Source: Octopus bimaculoides
Lineage: Eukaryota
Assembly: GCF_001194135.2 (NCBI RefSeq)
Contig: NC_068986.1
Coordinates: 5,555,260 to 5,619,259, forward strand
Direction: 5' to 3'
DNA length: 64,000 nt
A model generated the notes under the pieces. It was not told where the DNA came from, did no database searches, and saw only the letters and a program-made list of their open reading frames with translations. Positions 37,088-50,777 of the stretch are shown here, in pieces. A program made the translations under genes and the position numbers. Numbering within the stretch: the stretch's first letter is position 1; every line of letters starts with the position of its first letter.

Positions 37088-37303
37088 TGAGGGGGTGCTG
37101 AAAAGTTCTTGGCTTTGGGTAAAAGACAATACAGGAGGATCAGTTGATTAAGATTTTATGCAACATATTCCCTTCTCAGATTCACACACTTATTGCAGTG
37201 AACCTTCAGTTTTTCTAAGCCTTGTAAAAGAACTCGGAAGGATGAGCCTCCAACCAAGCCTTTTGTGATACCCTTAAGGCCAGGAACTTTTCAACACCAT
37301 GTG
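37088..37303. mobile_element. Mariner-derived MITE
   Basis: TA-flanked TIRs gggggtgctgaaaagttcttggc / gccaggaacttttcaacacc. Confidence 0.75.
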
Positions 37304-38009
37304 TATTTAAATATTTTCAGTTATACATCTTTGATATCCATTTTCCATGCTGGTGTGGGTTAGATAAGTCTACAATAAAACATCTCTCTATACTTCACAT
37401 TCTTTTCTCTCTTTTATGAACTTAAGTTTTCTTGCTCTAACCTAATAATTTTCTTTTAGTTTAGTTTATTTCTATCAGAACGCTTTTTACTGATTAGGGT
37501 ATTTAGCCCCCAATCATATGGTCATGGGTTCGATTCCCAACAACGCATTGTGTCCTTGAGCAAGACACTTTATTTTATATTGCTCCAGTCCACTCAGCTG
37601 GCAAAAATGAGTTATGGCTGTAATTCAAAGGGCCAGCCATGTCACATTTTGTGTTATATTGAATCCCCTGAGAACTGCATTAAAGACACACGTGTCTGTG
37701 GAGAGCTCAGCCACTTGCACATTAATTTTTACGAGCAGGCTGTTCCATTAATTGGCTCAACTTGAACACTTGTCATAACTGATAGAGTACCAGTTTTATT
37801 CATCATTTACGTACATATATTCTTCAACAGACAATGTAGTGAGAATTAGGTCCTCAGAAGTCAAAGTTCTTGTGAATGTCTATTCTAGAATTCTTTCATG
37901 ATTGTTTCAAGATTTGTCTCAAAGCATAACTATGATGAATACAAACTTAGGCAGGGAATTTTTTTTCTTCCTTTTACTTTGTCTGGAGGAAGAGACTGAG
38001 GCCCATGGT

Positions 38010-39000
38010 CTTCACAGACTAGTAAAATTGAGGCCATCAACATTCTTCTTGAACAGTTGCAAACTGACATGTGCAGGAAAAAATTGCAACGGATTGGTGG
38101 TGGGACTAGCACCTGTGGTGTGGATACAAGAAGAGAGATTAGTAATTTGAGATTGTTTGACCTGAGATGGTGCAACACTAGCCAACTTCAAGAAGCATAA
38201 GCCCTTGTAGTAGCAGTATAAAATTTAGAGAGAGGTGGCAGCACTTAGAGCCACAACTTGATGTATGTTAATGAGTGATTTCATGTTAATCAGTCAAGTG
38301 GTCTTTTGTTAGCTGTTGTCTAAGATGTCAGTGCTTACAGCAGCAGCAGCAACACTTTCCCAGATGAAGGCACAGTTGCCCATTGTGAGTCTCATTTGAA
38401 CTTGGTTGCGGGTTGTTGGGGATGAAATATTTTTGTACACTGCAGAGGAAGGCCATTTTTTTATGATGCAGCATTTCCCATGTCAAGGATGTTTTTCAGC
38501 CACAGGAAATCATTAGTGATGAGGACACCTAGCATTTGAAGCTATCACGACAGTTTCAGGCTGTATGCAGTTGATGTTTAAAGAGGAGCAATGTGTGCAG
38601 AAACTGTGTGGTGAACCTAGCAGAGTGAAAATAGTGTTTGAGATTTGCTTAGTGTGTAGAGTTGGATGTAAAGTGTGAGTTTTCTCAGCATAAGTACTGC
38701 TTACAGAATCCTCATGCTCAAAAAGTGAAGGAAAAGTTGTCAGGGATCCTTTGGCAGGGGACTAAAATAAAAATTGCTGCAGTTTAGGAGGCAGGAGAAT
38801 TTAGGGGCTGTGTGATGTGCAAAGGTAGCTTTTGCAGTTTGGATGATGGCTTTGTGGAAGTTGTGTTACTGAGTAAGAGCTCTTCAATTTGTAAAAGTGG
38901 GTGATTGTTGGCAGTATTTTTTTTTATTGAACTGTTATGGTTAGTCTGTCAGCCAATCACTTGGAGAACTTGTGACTGAGTTTCGTTTGTGAGTGGTTTG
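38010..39000 (-). mobile_element. Degenerate CR1/L2-group LINE RT C-terminus (related fragment about 63290-63620)
   Basis: LGVLITNDFLW and FFPAHVSLQLFKKNV fragments with many stops. Confidence 0.55.
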
Positions 39001-40064
39001 TGAGAGACCTGCTTAAGAGGTTGGTTTCATTCGCTCATTTAGTTGTTACTGATAGATCAGTGGTGAAGTGTAAGTGCTGCATGAGAGGGAACTCCAACCA
39101 GTTGTGAGAGTTGAAATCACCCTCACATGAGACATACCTAAAGACCATCACCTTCCTGCTTTGTAGTCTCCCAGTACAACATTAATCTTTATGCTCTCCA
39201 ACACTATTGACTGTTCACCAATGCATGAAGCTTTTCCTGAAAAAAAGGAGACAAAAAATTGTCAAATTTAACCTAAACAGCCGGTATATATGTAGAGACA
39301 CTGTCACTTTTCTCTACTATTTGAGTAAAGAGTGCAACCTGAACAGCAGAGATGCACTGGAGATAAAGATTGAGAGGTTTGTCTCATATTAGTAAGGAGC
39401 AATCTATGGGGTTACGGTTGGGTCAAAATCTATGGATGTTTAAGGGAAGATTGTTCAGCAATTTTAGTTTTTGTCATCTAAGGAAAGGTAGAGAATGTTG
39501 ATATTCCATAGGGTCATAATAACCCTTTGGTTGGAGGAGCCTGGTCAAAACACTTGTGACAGTGGACTGTGCTAAAGCCATATACATGTCAAAAGTCAGT
39601 GTTGAACTGGGCAGTGTTATGTGTTTACCACACAAAAAGATGGGATTTGAGGCTCTATGCCACATGCAACCAAATTAGACAAATAATGACCCATAGTCAG
39701 TGTGTGTGTATATATCTTGTGTGGCACCATGTAAAAGTGCCCGTCCGGAGCCACATAAAAGCACCTGTATGGTGCCATGTGACAACCTGTCTGATCCATA
39801 CCAGCATGAAATGAATGTTGATGATATAGGTTATTGCTCTACAAAAGTATAAATATATTCCACTCCAACTTTCATAATAGACCATGTCATTTTATTATTG
39901 TTAATTACAGTCAATTTCCTTAGTCGACACCTTAGGAAAATTAAGACATTCTAGGGTTGATTGTATATGAGAATTCAAACTAATGAGTATATAAATGCAA
40001 CTATTTCAAACTATTAAAATTTTTTTTTTTTACTAAATAGCTTACACTTTGATTACACTTCCAG

Positions 40065-40191
40065 ATTACTAACAAAAGGCCTCTTTCACCGGGCCATTCG
40101 GATAGAAAAGAAAAAATCAGATCGTACAAAAACAAAGAAGAAATCTATCAAGGCTGGAAGTGAAGAAGAGACCAATCTAGAAGAAGATAAG
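40065..40191 (+). CDS. SEC62: SEC62 exon 4 (LLTKGLFHRAIRIEKKK...EEDK)
   Basis: 127 nt, ccag/gtttgt, FHRA motif. Confidence 0.94.
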
Positions 40192-41378
40192 GTTTGTGCT
40201 ATAATGATAGAAATTAACTTACGTGTAATCTAAATATGTAATGGTTATTAAAGATACTGGCGATTTTCTCTTTGATATGTATATATGTGTTACTCGTACA
40301 AATAATTCTGGTAGTTTACAATAATTGGCAATTAAGTACAGTTTTAATCCATAATGGTTATAATTGTATTTTTAAATTTGATTAGTTGTCTACGACTGAA
40401 GATAATTTTTGTTGTACATTGATATATATATATATATATTTCTTGCTTATAAAACAAGAAACATCTACATTTTACTGAGTAACTATTTCCATTTATATCT
40501 ACATTCTTTCTGTGTTGTATTTCATAAACTGTTGTAAATGAATAGAACATTGCACAAGTCACTTATTATAATTTTTTTTTACATATTCTTTAGTAAAAAA
40601 TTGAGCAGTTTGCCTTAGTTCCTATATATGATATATATGGTCTATGTGAAGGCATGTGGTTTAGCAGCTAAGGGTATTCTGCTCACAATTGTATGGTCAT
40701 TTGTTCAGTTCCTAGCCTCATGTTGTGTCCTTGAGCAAGACACTTTATTTCATGTTGCTTCAGTTCACTCAGCTGGTAAAAGTGAGTAGTACCTGTATTT
40801 CAAATGGCCAGCCTTGGCACATTTTGTATCATGCTAAATCTCCCTGAGAACTACATTAAGTGTATGCATGTCAGCCGCTTGCACATTAATTTCATGTGCA
40901 GGCTCAAACTGGAACCCTTGTTGCTGTAATCAACGGAGTGCCACATATATGGTCTATGTACTTTATTTCTCTTGTTACATTGAAATACAGATTGCTTTTA
41001 ACATCTAAATACAAAAAGAACAAATAACGTATAAATGTACAAGTCAGTTGAGGATTGCTCACTCTTTCTCTATGTGCTGTGCAGCAAAACTTTTGCAAGT
41101 TCATATTCTCATCAATGAATGACTATTTTATGTACTCTATAGTATGTATCTTTCATGATGGAAAGAGGCGGGGTGGCATGCATAACTCTTCATTAATTCT
41201 CAGACTGGACACCAGAATTGCTATTTTACAAACATTGAAAATATTCCTATAGCAAAATGACTTGTCATTGACTGATTCATGTAACACAAATTAGTTAACT
41301 ATTTATTGTAAATTATTCTAATAGCTAAAGTGAGAATTTAAAAAATTATGTTTCTGTATTCATTTTGTATTTATCAAG

Positions 41379-41501
41379 GAGAAACGAAGTAAAAAAGACA
41401 AGAAAAGCAAGAAAGAAAAAGAGAAAGAGAAAGAAAGTGACCGTGAAGGTGAAAAAACAGATGACACTGAAAAGAAAAAAGAAGAAAAGGAAGAAAAGAA
41501 G
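41379..41501 (+). CDS. SEC62: SEC62 exon 5 (K/E-rich)
   Basis: 123 nt open, phase 0-0; weaker sites (caag/gttgat); matches the charged region of SEC62. Confidence 0.8.
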
Positions 41502-42594
41502 GTTGATATTTTTATCTCTTAATTTGAACAATAAGCAAAATTTACATTCAAATATAACCTCACCATAATGCACTATAGCAGATTGTGTCTATTGACAAGG
41601 CATTATTGCTGTGTGTGCATGAATTTACCTGTTACATTAATCCTTTTCTAATATAACTTGCAAAATAGCCGATTTGAAAATATGATAATTTGTCAGATTC
41701 AACCACCACCATTTTAGCATTCAATTTTCCATGTTTGCATGAGTCAGACGGAGTTTATTGGGGCAGATTTTCTACAGCTTGTTGCCCTTCCTGTTACCAA
41801 CCTTCACTTGTTTCCAAATAAGGTAATATTTCCCCATGGCCAGACATGTCCTCATAGAATATTAGAAATGAATGACACTGCTTGTCTGACAGTGACAATC
41901 ACATGATATCAAAAATAAGGAGACACAATCACACTCATCTATATGACAGGCTTCTTTCAGTTTCCAACTTCAAAATCCACTCACAGGGCTTTGGTCAGCC
42001 TGGGGCTGTAGCAGAAAACACTTGCCCAAGGTGCCATGTTGTGGACTGAACCCAGAACCCTATAGTTGGGAAACAAACTTCTTACCACACAGCCATGCTG
42101 ATATATTTCTCCATTGATAGTATGTACTAGTTAGGTTCAAAATTAGAGATCTTCTTAAGAGACTCCAGTGTTTCATATTTCTTAGAGCTATGAAATAGGT
42201 GAATATTTTCATAATACATAATTTATATACTTGTGTGAAAACCATATTCAGGGGAAAACCATATTCAGGGATAAGTTTCAATCCATATTTTGCATAGAAA
42301 AGTTGGTAGAAAGCTTTTATAATGGGAATCTATATAGAAGATAAGACTGCAAAGGCAAGGAAGCTTTCCAACTTATGTTACCTTTCTATATTATAATAAT
42401 TCTGTTGCTTAGCCAATCAGAAATGCTTTTATGAGATTAGAGAAAAAGAGGGAGAGAGAAACATCCATGGCGTGAGGTATGAGAAAAAATTTTTCATTAC
42501 TGACTACATAAAATAGAGTAAAAGAGTTTATTGTTAATCTATTCACCTTGGTTTTATATACTTGAATAATCTATAATTTTTCCTTCAAATTTAT

Positions 42595-42631
<37 letters not shown>

Positions 42632-42709
42632 GATGAAGAAAAGAAAAAGAAAGAGAAAAAGCTAAAACTTGGTATGCCAGATGACCAAAGATTCATTGAT
42701 GGAGATGAG
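42632..42709 (+). CDS. SEC62: SEC62 exon 6 (DEEKKKKEKKLKLGMPDDQRFIDGDE)
   Basis: 78 nt after a long poly-T tract; donor gtattc. Confidence 0.94.
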
Positions 42710-44157
42710 GTATTCATTCTTGTTTGTCTGTTGTTTTTATTGAATTTGCTGAGCATTTTCTTACATTTTCTATCATTTTAATACTGCTTAGTGTAAAATG
42801 CAGTCTGTGAATGGCAACATTTGAAGTATTGGAAAATGAAGGAACCAGATCTGTAAAAGTGCTAAACTGTCAGATTTGTGGTTTAAGACTATTTCTATTT
42901 AATTATTCTGTGAATGTTTTTAACTGATTAAATAAAAATAACAATAAATATTTAGCAACTAAAAATATTTGTTTACTGGGGTACAAACTGCATTTCAAGT
43001 TTGTACTGATCATAAATGTTGTTATAATACACTGTATTTTGTCACATCAATGGTAGTATTTAATCAATAATTAAGCTTTTGAACTGTATTATAATATGAA
43101 GATGTGATTGCCAGATTTATTTATTACAAAAAACCTATAGCTTTGAAATACTTTGTGTATCAATTATATCATAAATCAAATTCTGTTCAAAAGTAAGAAA
43201 AGAGAAATTAAATATAAATGGAGAATTGGTAACAACTTGATGCTGACATTTTAATTTCATTTGATAATATAATTTTAACAAATCACAGACTAATAGTTTA
43301 TGATCCATTTTTTTGGCTATTTAATTTCTCACTCTCTTAGCCACCACTGGCAGCTATGAATAAGTTATTTCATTTTATTTTATTCACTACACTTAGCTCT
43401 TATTAAATAGTGAACTTGCTACTGACTTAGCCTCTACAGACTAACATCTACAAATTTCAAAGCATGTTATGTGTCTATCTTTGGCTGCAATCAATTATGC
43501 TTGTGAACATTTTGACATTAGGAAAATATGTCTAAACATTTCTACAAACATTATCCCTTTGACTTTTAGCATCTTTTCTGTAACAACACACCATAGCTAA
43601 TTGACTTATGTGTGTATCTTCTTACAAGCACTTACATGTAAACTCTGCCTTGCGTGATATGTAAATTAAGATATGTTTTAAACATATGCTTACAAGCCAT
43701 ATGTGTAATTATACCAATAAGATCAGATGAGGTCTTGTTCTTCTTGATGGCAGGTAGGATATAAAGAGAAAATGTGTATATCCATTATTGTTATCTGTAC
43801 AACTCATTGACCATGTGGTCAATAAAATAGAGAATATGCAACCATGAAGGAAAAATAGAATCTTTAGCCATGTGAGAAGTGTGACACTACATGAGGGACA
43901 GAATGAGTCATGAATCTGATTTTCTTATGAATCATGCTTTTAAAATAAGATAAGCATGTAGCTAAGCAATTTGAGTTGATAATTCAAACCAGTTTATATT
44001 GATTGGTACAATACAAAGTTTGTATTGTTGATCTTATATTGATCAATATGGACTTTTTAAGTTTTGATACAGTGAAATAATGTTCCATGACTCTAAAATT
44101 TTATTCTAATAAAAATTTCTCTTTTTAAATTAAAACCTTTTTTTTTTTTTTTTTAAG

Positions 44158-44218
44158 GTTTATGTTTGGATCTATGATCCTGTTCCTGTAAAGACTTTCA
44201 TTATTGGGCTTCTCATGG
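44158..44218 (+). CDS. SEC62: SEC62 exon 7 (VYVWIYDPVPVKTFIIGLLM)
   Basis: 61 nt, conserved YVWIYDP, gtaagt donor. Confidence 0.97.
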
Positions 44219-44499
44219 GTAAGTCTTGCTAACATTTATATTTGAGAAATAATTATTTGATGATTATATTTAAGAAATACACAAATACTATGATTTATAG
44301 TATTTTGTAATCTTATAACATCAGTGTAATATGTGAATATAATCTCTTATGAAGAATATTGTTTTTCAAGTATTTAAATCTGTTACCTGTAAAGACAATA
44401 GCAGTTATGTTCTTTCAAATAAATGCTCTAAATTGACTGACATTACATAAAATTTTTGCTTTTACAAATTTACAAAATATGTTTTCTCTTTCTTGGCAG

Positions 44500-44619
44500 T
44501 TCTTGGTGCCATAGCATTGTGTCTGTTTCCTCTTTGGCCAGAGGAAGTGAGAATAGGTGTTTATTATTTAAGTTTGAGTGGTGCTGGGTTCCTTGCATTC
44601 ATTCTGGTCCTCTTTGTTG
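44500..44619 (+). CDS. SEC62: SEC62 exon 8 (TM helices, LFPLWP)
   Basis: 120 nt, gcag/gtaagc. Confidence 0.97.
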
Positions 44620-45089
44620 GTAAGCATATTTGTCTTTTGATTTTGTTGCAATTAAAATTGTTTATTTATATTTCTCTTCTTTTAAATTATATATTACTAG
44701 AGGATGATACGTCAAGTTTGCAAAATAGGGAACATACCTCTAGGTTTGCTGTAAATTATAACAATTCAGTTTTTGCATGTCAGATGTAACAGCATCATTT
44801 GTATACATTAATTTACTTAGTTTCAATCAGCACACAAAGTGTTGGTTATAATAAATTTGAATTATAAAGTATGGCTGTACGGTTTCTAAGTTTATTTTGC
44901 AACCATATGGTTTCATGTTCAATTCTATTATGTGACACCTTGATCAAGTGTTTTCTACTATAACTTTGAGCTGACCTATTCCTTGTGAGTGAAATTTGGT
45001 TGGTGGAAACTGTACGAAAGCCTGTTTGTGTGTACTCAAGTGCTTGCTTACAAGGGTAGGCTGACCAAGATGCTCTCATGGAATGTGAT

Positions 45090-45490
45090 CAAATGAGGTT
45101 TATTTTTCAATGTAGTCCTCTTTGCAGTTCACACACTTCTTCCATAGGTATTGCAGTGCTTGGATCCCATTGGTCAAAAAAGTCATCAACAGTAGATATG
45201 ATGTCACCATCACTGCGATACTGGTTCTCAACCAAGTGTTTTTTCATGCTGATAGACAGATGGGCCCAAATTGTGAGAATAGGGAAGGTGATCAACCAGT
45301 TGAAAGCCACAGTCATGCACAGCAGCCATTGAAGCCAAGTACTTGTGTGCTGGAGCATTCTCCTGATGAAATGACCCTTTCATCAGTTTTCCTGGGCATT
45401 TGGTCTTGATTGTCTTTTGTAACTGCTTCAGCAAGTTTGGCATAGTACTCTCCATTGATGGTGTGGCCCTCTTGAAGATAGTGGGCAAGA
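45090..45490 (-). mobile_element. Mariner transposase C-terminal fragment in SEC62 intron 8
   Basis: YLQEGHTINGEYYAKL, FHQENAPAHK, DHLPYS, QYRSDGDIISTVDDFFDQ. Confidence 0.85.
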
Positions 45491-46176
45491 AATGTAAAAT
45501 AAAGTTTCTTATAAACAACACAAACACTTTGTAATTTAATAGTTTTCAATGTGATGCCTGTTAAACAGAAATTATTTTTATTTGATGAAAATTTAATAAA
45601 ATCTCATCATAAGTAAGTGAAAATATGCTGGGGGTGAATTTTACACGAGTAGAAACTTTTTTTAACAAATTTTATCCTGAAAATCACCTGCATAAATTAC
45701 ATGAGTTTTTATGGTATATATAAATTACATGCCATTTCATGTTTTGAGCTTTTGGAATATTAACGTAGCAGTAGTCAAAAGTGTTAATGCCACTCCCAGT
45801 GATGAAGGGAACTAGCCTGCAAGAGCCCTGTGCTACCTAAAAAAAAGCATTCGTGCTGGCGCCACATACAAGCACTCATATCGGTGCCACATTAATAGCA
45901 CCTGGCACACATTGTAAAGTGATTGCTATTAGGAAGGGAATCCAGCTGTAGAAACCAAGCCAAATCAAACTGGAACTTGGTGCAGCTCTCCGGCTTGCCA
46001 GTATTGGAAATTTCTGATGATGATGATGAATTCTAACTAATCACATGTGAGTAAATATATGTATGTAATCCAGTGTAAACTGACTGTATGTGTTGTATAT
46101 TTTGTGGTATTGTTTGCTGCAAAACAATTAAAAACTTTCTTTAACTTGACTTAATTTTCTTTCTTATTCATTTCAG

Positions 46177-46619
46177 TTCGTTTAATACTGTTTTGTGCTA
46201 TATGGATGTGTACTCTAGGTAAACATCACTTCTGGTTTCTACCAAATCTCAATGAAGATGTTGGTTTCATTGATTCATTCCGGCCACTTTATAAACATGA
46301 AACTTATGCACCCAAAACTAAAGATTCTGACAAAAAAATAAAAGAAAATGATAAAGATGGTTTAAACAATGGCTCGGGTGATGCCACAGTCTCTACAACT
46401 GCAACATCACCAGTGAATGAAACTCAGTCTGTCTCAACAGAAAAATCCTATGAAGAAAATAAGACTCCCAGTGAAGGGGGTACTGAGAGTGACGCTAGTG
46501 ATGACCAGGAAGGTTTTGAACTAGTGGATAAAGAGGAGTTGAGTGATGAAGAAGACAAAGAGAAAAGCGAGACAGAAAACATGACAGAGGTATCTGAAGA
46601 ATCTAAGAAAGACAAGTAA
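46177..46619 (+). CDS. SEC62: SEC62 last coding exon (HHFWFLPNL...DVGFIDSFRPLY...KKDK*)
   Basis: ttcag acceptor, ORF to TAA at 46617-46619; total CDS 1206 nt = 401 aa. Confidence 0.97.
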
Positions 46620-48790
46620 AGATTTTGCTATTCTTTAAAACACTAACAACCAAAGACAATGGGGGAAGACATTTTAATGGAATGTGCGGTTTTGGGAAAC
46701 CTCAAAAGGGATGGATAAAGATATTGTATAAATATGTATAAGGAAAATACAAATAAAATTATAACAATATTTTGGTGAAGATCGCTAATTATTACAGTAT
46801 ATCTGCTAGAAAATACAGCAAGAAAGTGGAGACAGGTTCAAAATTTTTATTCAACCAATTATAAACTTTATTTTAAAATGGAGTATAAATTGGAAATAAA
46901 AGAGAGAATCTTGGATAAAATATAGCCAAAATCGTTAAATTTCTGAATAGCATATATAACAAAGCTCTTTCTCTCTACATCTGCTTTCATCATTTCTTAT
47001 TTTCTCTCTTTCCTTCTCCTTATATCTCTATTTTGGATAGAAATAAATGGATAAGCTTTGCATCAAATGAGTATGCGCATTGCTATTTAATCAGATATTT
47101 ATCCAGATGCTTATTGAGGTTAATGATGATACTTGGATTAGTCTAATTTTACTCGATTATTGAAGCATAAATTTATATTCCTTTACAGATTAATGCACCT
47201 AGAAAATAACTATTTTACTTATTTTTTCCCCCTTTAAATATAAAAAGCAGTGTGTAATTACTACATTTTAACCATTTAAAAAGATGTATAAATTAAAAGG
47301 TTTTTCTTTTATTTTTATCTTTAGTTTGACTAAAAAATAAAAATTTTATTAAAAATACTCAATGTGGAGAATAGTAAAATATTGTTGATATCTGACATTG
47401 GTAAATGTCATTGAGGGAGGTAGGGGATAGATGCTGGATTCAGCCTAAGTGAATAACTGGTTATTTTATCAATCTCAAGATGGATGAAAGGCAAAGCTGA
47501 TGCTAGTAGAATTTGAAATCAAAGGCTAGATATACCGAACTGAATACTGATAATCATGTAAAGCAAATTATAATGTTATTTCCTAAACATATTTTATTAA
47601 TATATGGCTTTAGAAGTTTTCCATAACCATGTTCACTGGAGAGTTGAAATATCTTCATACTGTTGAAATTATTCCATTTCTCTTAGAAAAACCATGTATT
47701 TTATTTCAGTTCAATTTTATTTCTTTAGTAGATAATGTTTTGTTTATAGCAATTTTTTTGTTAAATATTCATATCTTTCTCCAATTATCTTCTTCCACTT
47801 AGTAAATTCTACCTAATCACCGTTCTAGGTGTCTGACTTAAATCAGCAGTAGCAAATACTGTTCTTTGTCCAACACTATATATATATACAAAATCAAACG
47901 TATGACAATTGCACATGAACTTGCTGAATGTGTTGTACATGCTTTCTTTCTATGTACGTATTTAAACAAAACAAAAAACATGAGCTATCTTAGCAAGTCA
48001 TCAGTGTTGTTTTGGCTGATTCCCATAATCAGATCATTATCTTGCCTTATATTACTTTTCCATTGTTTTTATTTTTTGTTTGTTTGGTTTGTTTTTTTTA
48101 CACATTACTTCATAACAATCCCTTGGAATGTTCATCATCTTCACATTTTGTAAAATCATTTACATCTTCATTTGTTTAAGAATCAAAATTTTACCAGGGG
48201 AAAACTTGCCTTTATTTATATCTGATAGTATATTATACAAGTTACATATATTTCTTTTTTTTCTTTTCCTTGTAGACCACTAAAATAAACATTTTTTTTT
48301 TCTTGTTTCAAAATTCTTTTCTGTCTATTTTACATTTTAGTTATTTTTTTCTTTTTTTTTTAAATTTTATTTTCACTCAATGGAAAAAAACATTTCACTC
48401 TTTCATTCTGTTTTACATTTTAGTTCAAGATAATCTTTTCATTTATACTGAAAAGAATTATCTAAATTTGACTTTTTTTTTTGTGTGTGTCATCAGTACT
48501 TTGTTTCAAAATTTCATTTCATGAAATCCATGTCTTAATCTGTAAGTTTCTTAAAATATTAAAAAATATTTACGTTTATAGATGCATTTTTAAAAAAAAA
48601 TTTACACTCATATTTTATAGCAAATTACTTCCGGTATCTGATCATCTACATATAGCTTGATTTAAATTACAAATTTTCAATTTTCCCATTTATTTAACTA
48701 TCTCCCATAGAATGAGTGATCAAGGATCAGTTACTTTAAATGGCTACCATCAGTCATTAGAATGAAGTAGCTTTGAAAAGTTAAATTCAG
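46620..48790 (+). other. SEC62: Probable long SEC62 3' UTR
   Basis: No recognisable TE for about 2.1 kb after the stop; AATAAA at 46752, 46895, 47042, 48284. Confidence 0.5.
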
Positions 48791-50777
48791 GGGAATCATC
48801 ATCATCAGTTAACGTCCGCTTTCCATGCTAGCATGGGTTGGACGATTTGGCTGAGGACTGGCAAGCCAGAAGGCTGCATCAGGCTCCAATCTGATCTGGC
48901 AGAGTTTCTACAGCTGGATGCCCTTCCTAATGCCAACCACTCCGAGAGTGCAGTGGGTGCTTTTACATGCCACTGACCAGAGGGCCAGTCACACGGTACT
49001 GGCAACGGCCACGCTCAAAAAAGTGTGTTTTACGTGCCACCTGCATGGGAGCCACTCCAGTAGCACTGACAACGACCAAGCTCTGGCAGGTGATATATAT
49101 AGTACATATGCTATAGTCTTCAAGCTTTTGTTGTCATATCTCTAGTAATTATCGTAATCTTTTAGTATTTAAACTGGCCATATCTGGCCTAAGTATTCTC
49201 CCTGTTTTATGTTAAAACCAGCCTCTTACACCTATGCTCCAATGTCATTCTTAAAAGAAACAATCACATTATCAACATCTTGAAGCAATGAAATAATACA
49301 GGGTTTCTTCAAAAAAATGTGAATAGATATGTATTAACATTTGACAGAATAATCCGAGTGCTAGAGACATAAACATTGCCCTGTAAATATTGAATTAGTG
49401 ATTCAAGCCCACCATCATTTTAATTTGTGTTGGAAGATTTGCAGCACACATTTCTGTATGCATCTCAGTCCAACATCAATTCTGATTGAAATATGTAAAT
49501 GTGCTTGCTGTGTTTTCATCATACTACATATATCCTCAACCACCAAATTGTGGCATACACACAATCCGTACACATACTCTTTTACTCATTTCAATCATTT
49601 GACTGTGGCCATGCTGGAGCACCACCTTTAGTCGAAGAGATCGATCCCAGGAATTATTCTTTGTAAGCCTAGTATTTATTCTTATCAGTCTCTTTTGCCA
49701 AACTGCTAAGTTTCGGGGACATAGAACACACCAACATCAGTTGTCAAGCAATGGTGGAGGGACAAGCAAAAACACACACACACACATATATATATATACA
49801 CATGTATATATACATGATAGGCTTCTTTCAGTTTCCATCTACCAAATCCACTCACAAGGCTTTGGTAGGCCTGAGGCTATAGTGGAAGACACTTGCCCAA
49901 GGTGCAATGCAGTGGGAATGAACCCCGAACCATGTTGTTGAGAAGCAAGCTTCTTACCACACCTGCACCTATAACATGTTCACTTCCATTTAGATCAGGA
50001 TAGTTTTTCTTTGCTACTTGGACCAATGCCTTGGATTTCTGATTGCACATTAATGTTACTCATTAAATAGGCTTTCCTCAACTCATTTCTTTAATCCCTA
50101 CATTCACTCCTGATGTTTCACTATAGAACCTATGCATTGACTCATGATTCACAACATTTAGCATATTTATACATACTTTATTTTTATTTTCATAATGATG
50201 GCAAAAAATTTGTCTTAAAATTTTTTTTTCTACTTCTGTCTAGCCACTAGGTTATTTACAAGTTCCACTTAACTGCATTAATAGTGTTAACCAGATGCTA
50301 GGACTTGTCTGTTTTTAGCAAGCATTTTGAACAGTCTCCAGTTTTCAAGCAACTCCAGATCTGATGCATTTGAGTTTTGGTTTCTTGTCACTCTATCATA
50401 GAAGCCAGTGCCTTTTTGAGCAATCCTTTTCAAGCCATTCCCTTTCTGGTATTATTATTCTAACCTGTAGAATTACATATCTTATATTGTTTCATGAGAC
50501 TCTTGGCCATCTTAATTTTCATTTTGTCTGACTGAAGTCCCTTCAATTTCAAGTTTTCATAGTTCAGATTATACATTGAGAACCAATTAATCAGCTTAAT
50601 AAAAAACTGTGCATCCATGAGAACTTCTTTATAATGAGCACAGGTATTGGTATATGCCATGTCCACCATTACATTAAATTCTTCAGTCGAGTACTGGTAA
50701 TTTAAACTTCATTTTGTTAAATCATGCTTTTAAAATAACTAAAACACTATATTCTTCATCTATTAATAGCTAAAATA

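Noticed and set aside
41346-41573. Hydrophobic minus-strand ORF (FFLFFF...)
   Set aside because: Antisense shadow of the K/E-rich SEC62 exon 5.
50460-50669. 69-aa minus-strand ORF (MVDMAYTN...) as a gene or TMX2 alternative exon
   Set aside because: No recognisable homology or splice support; at best faint piggyBac-transposase-like residues.
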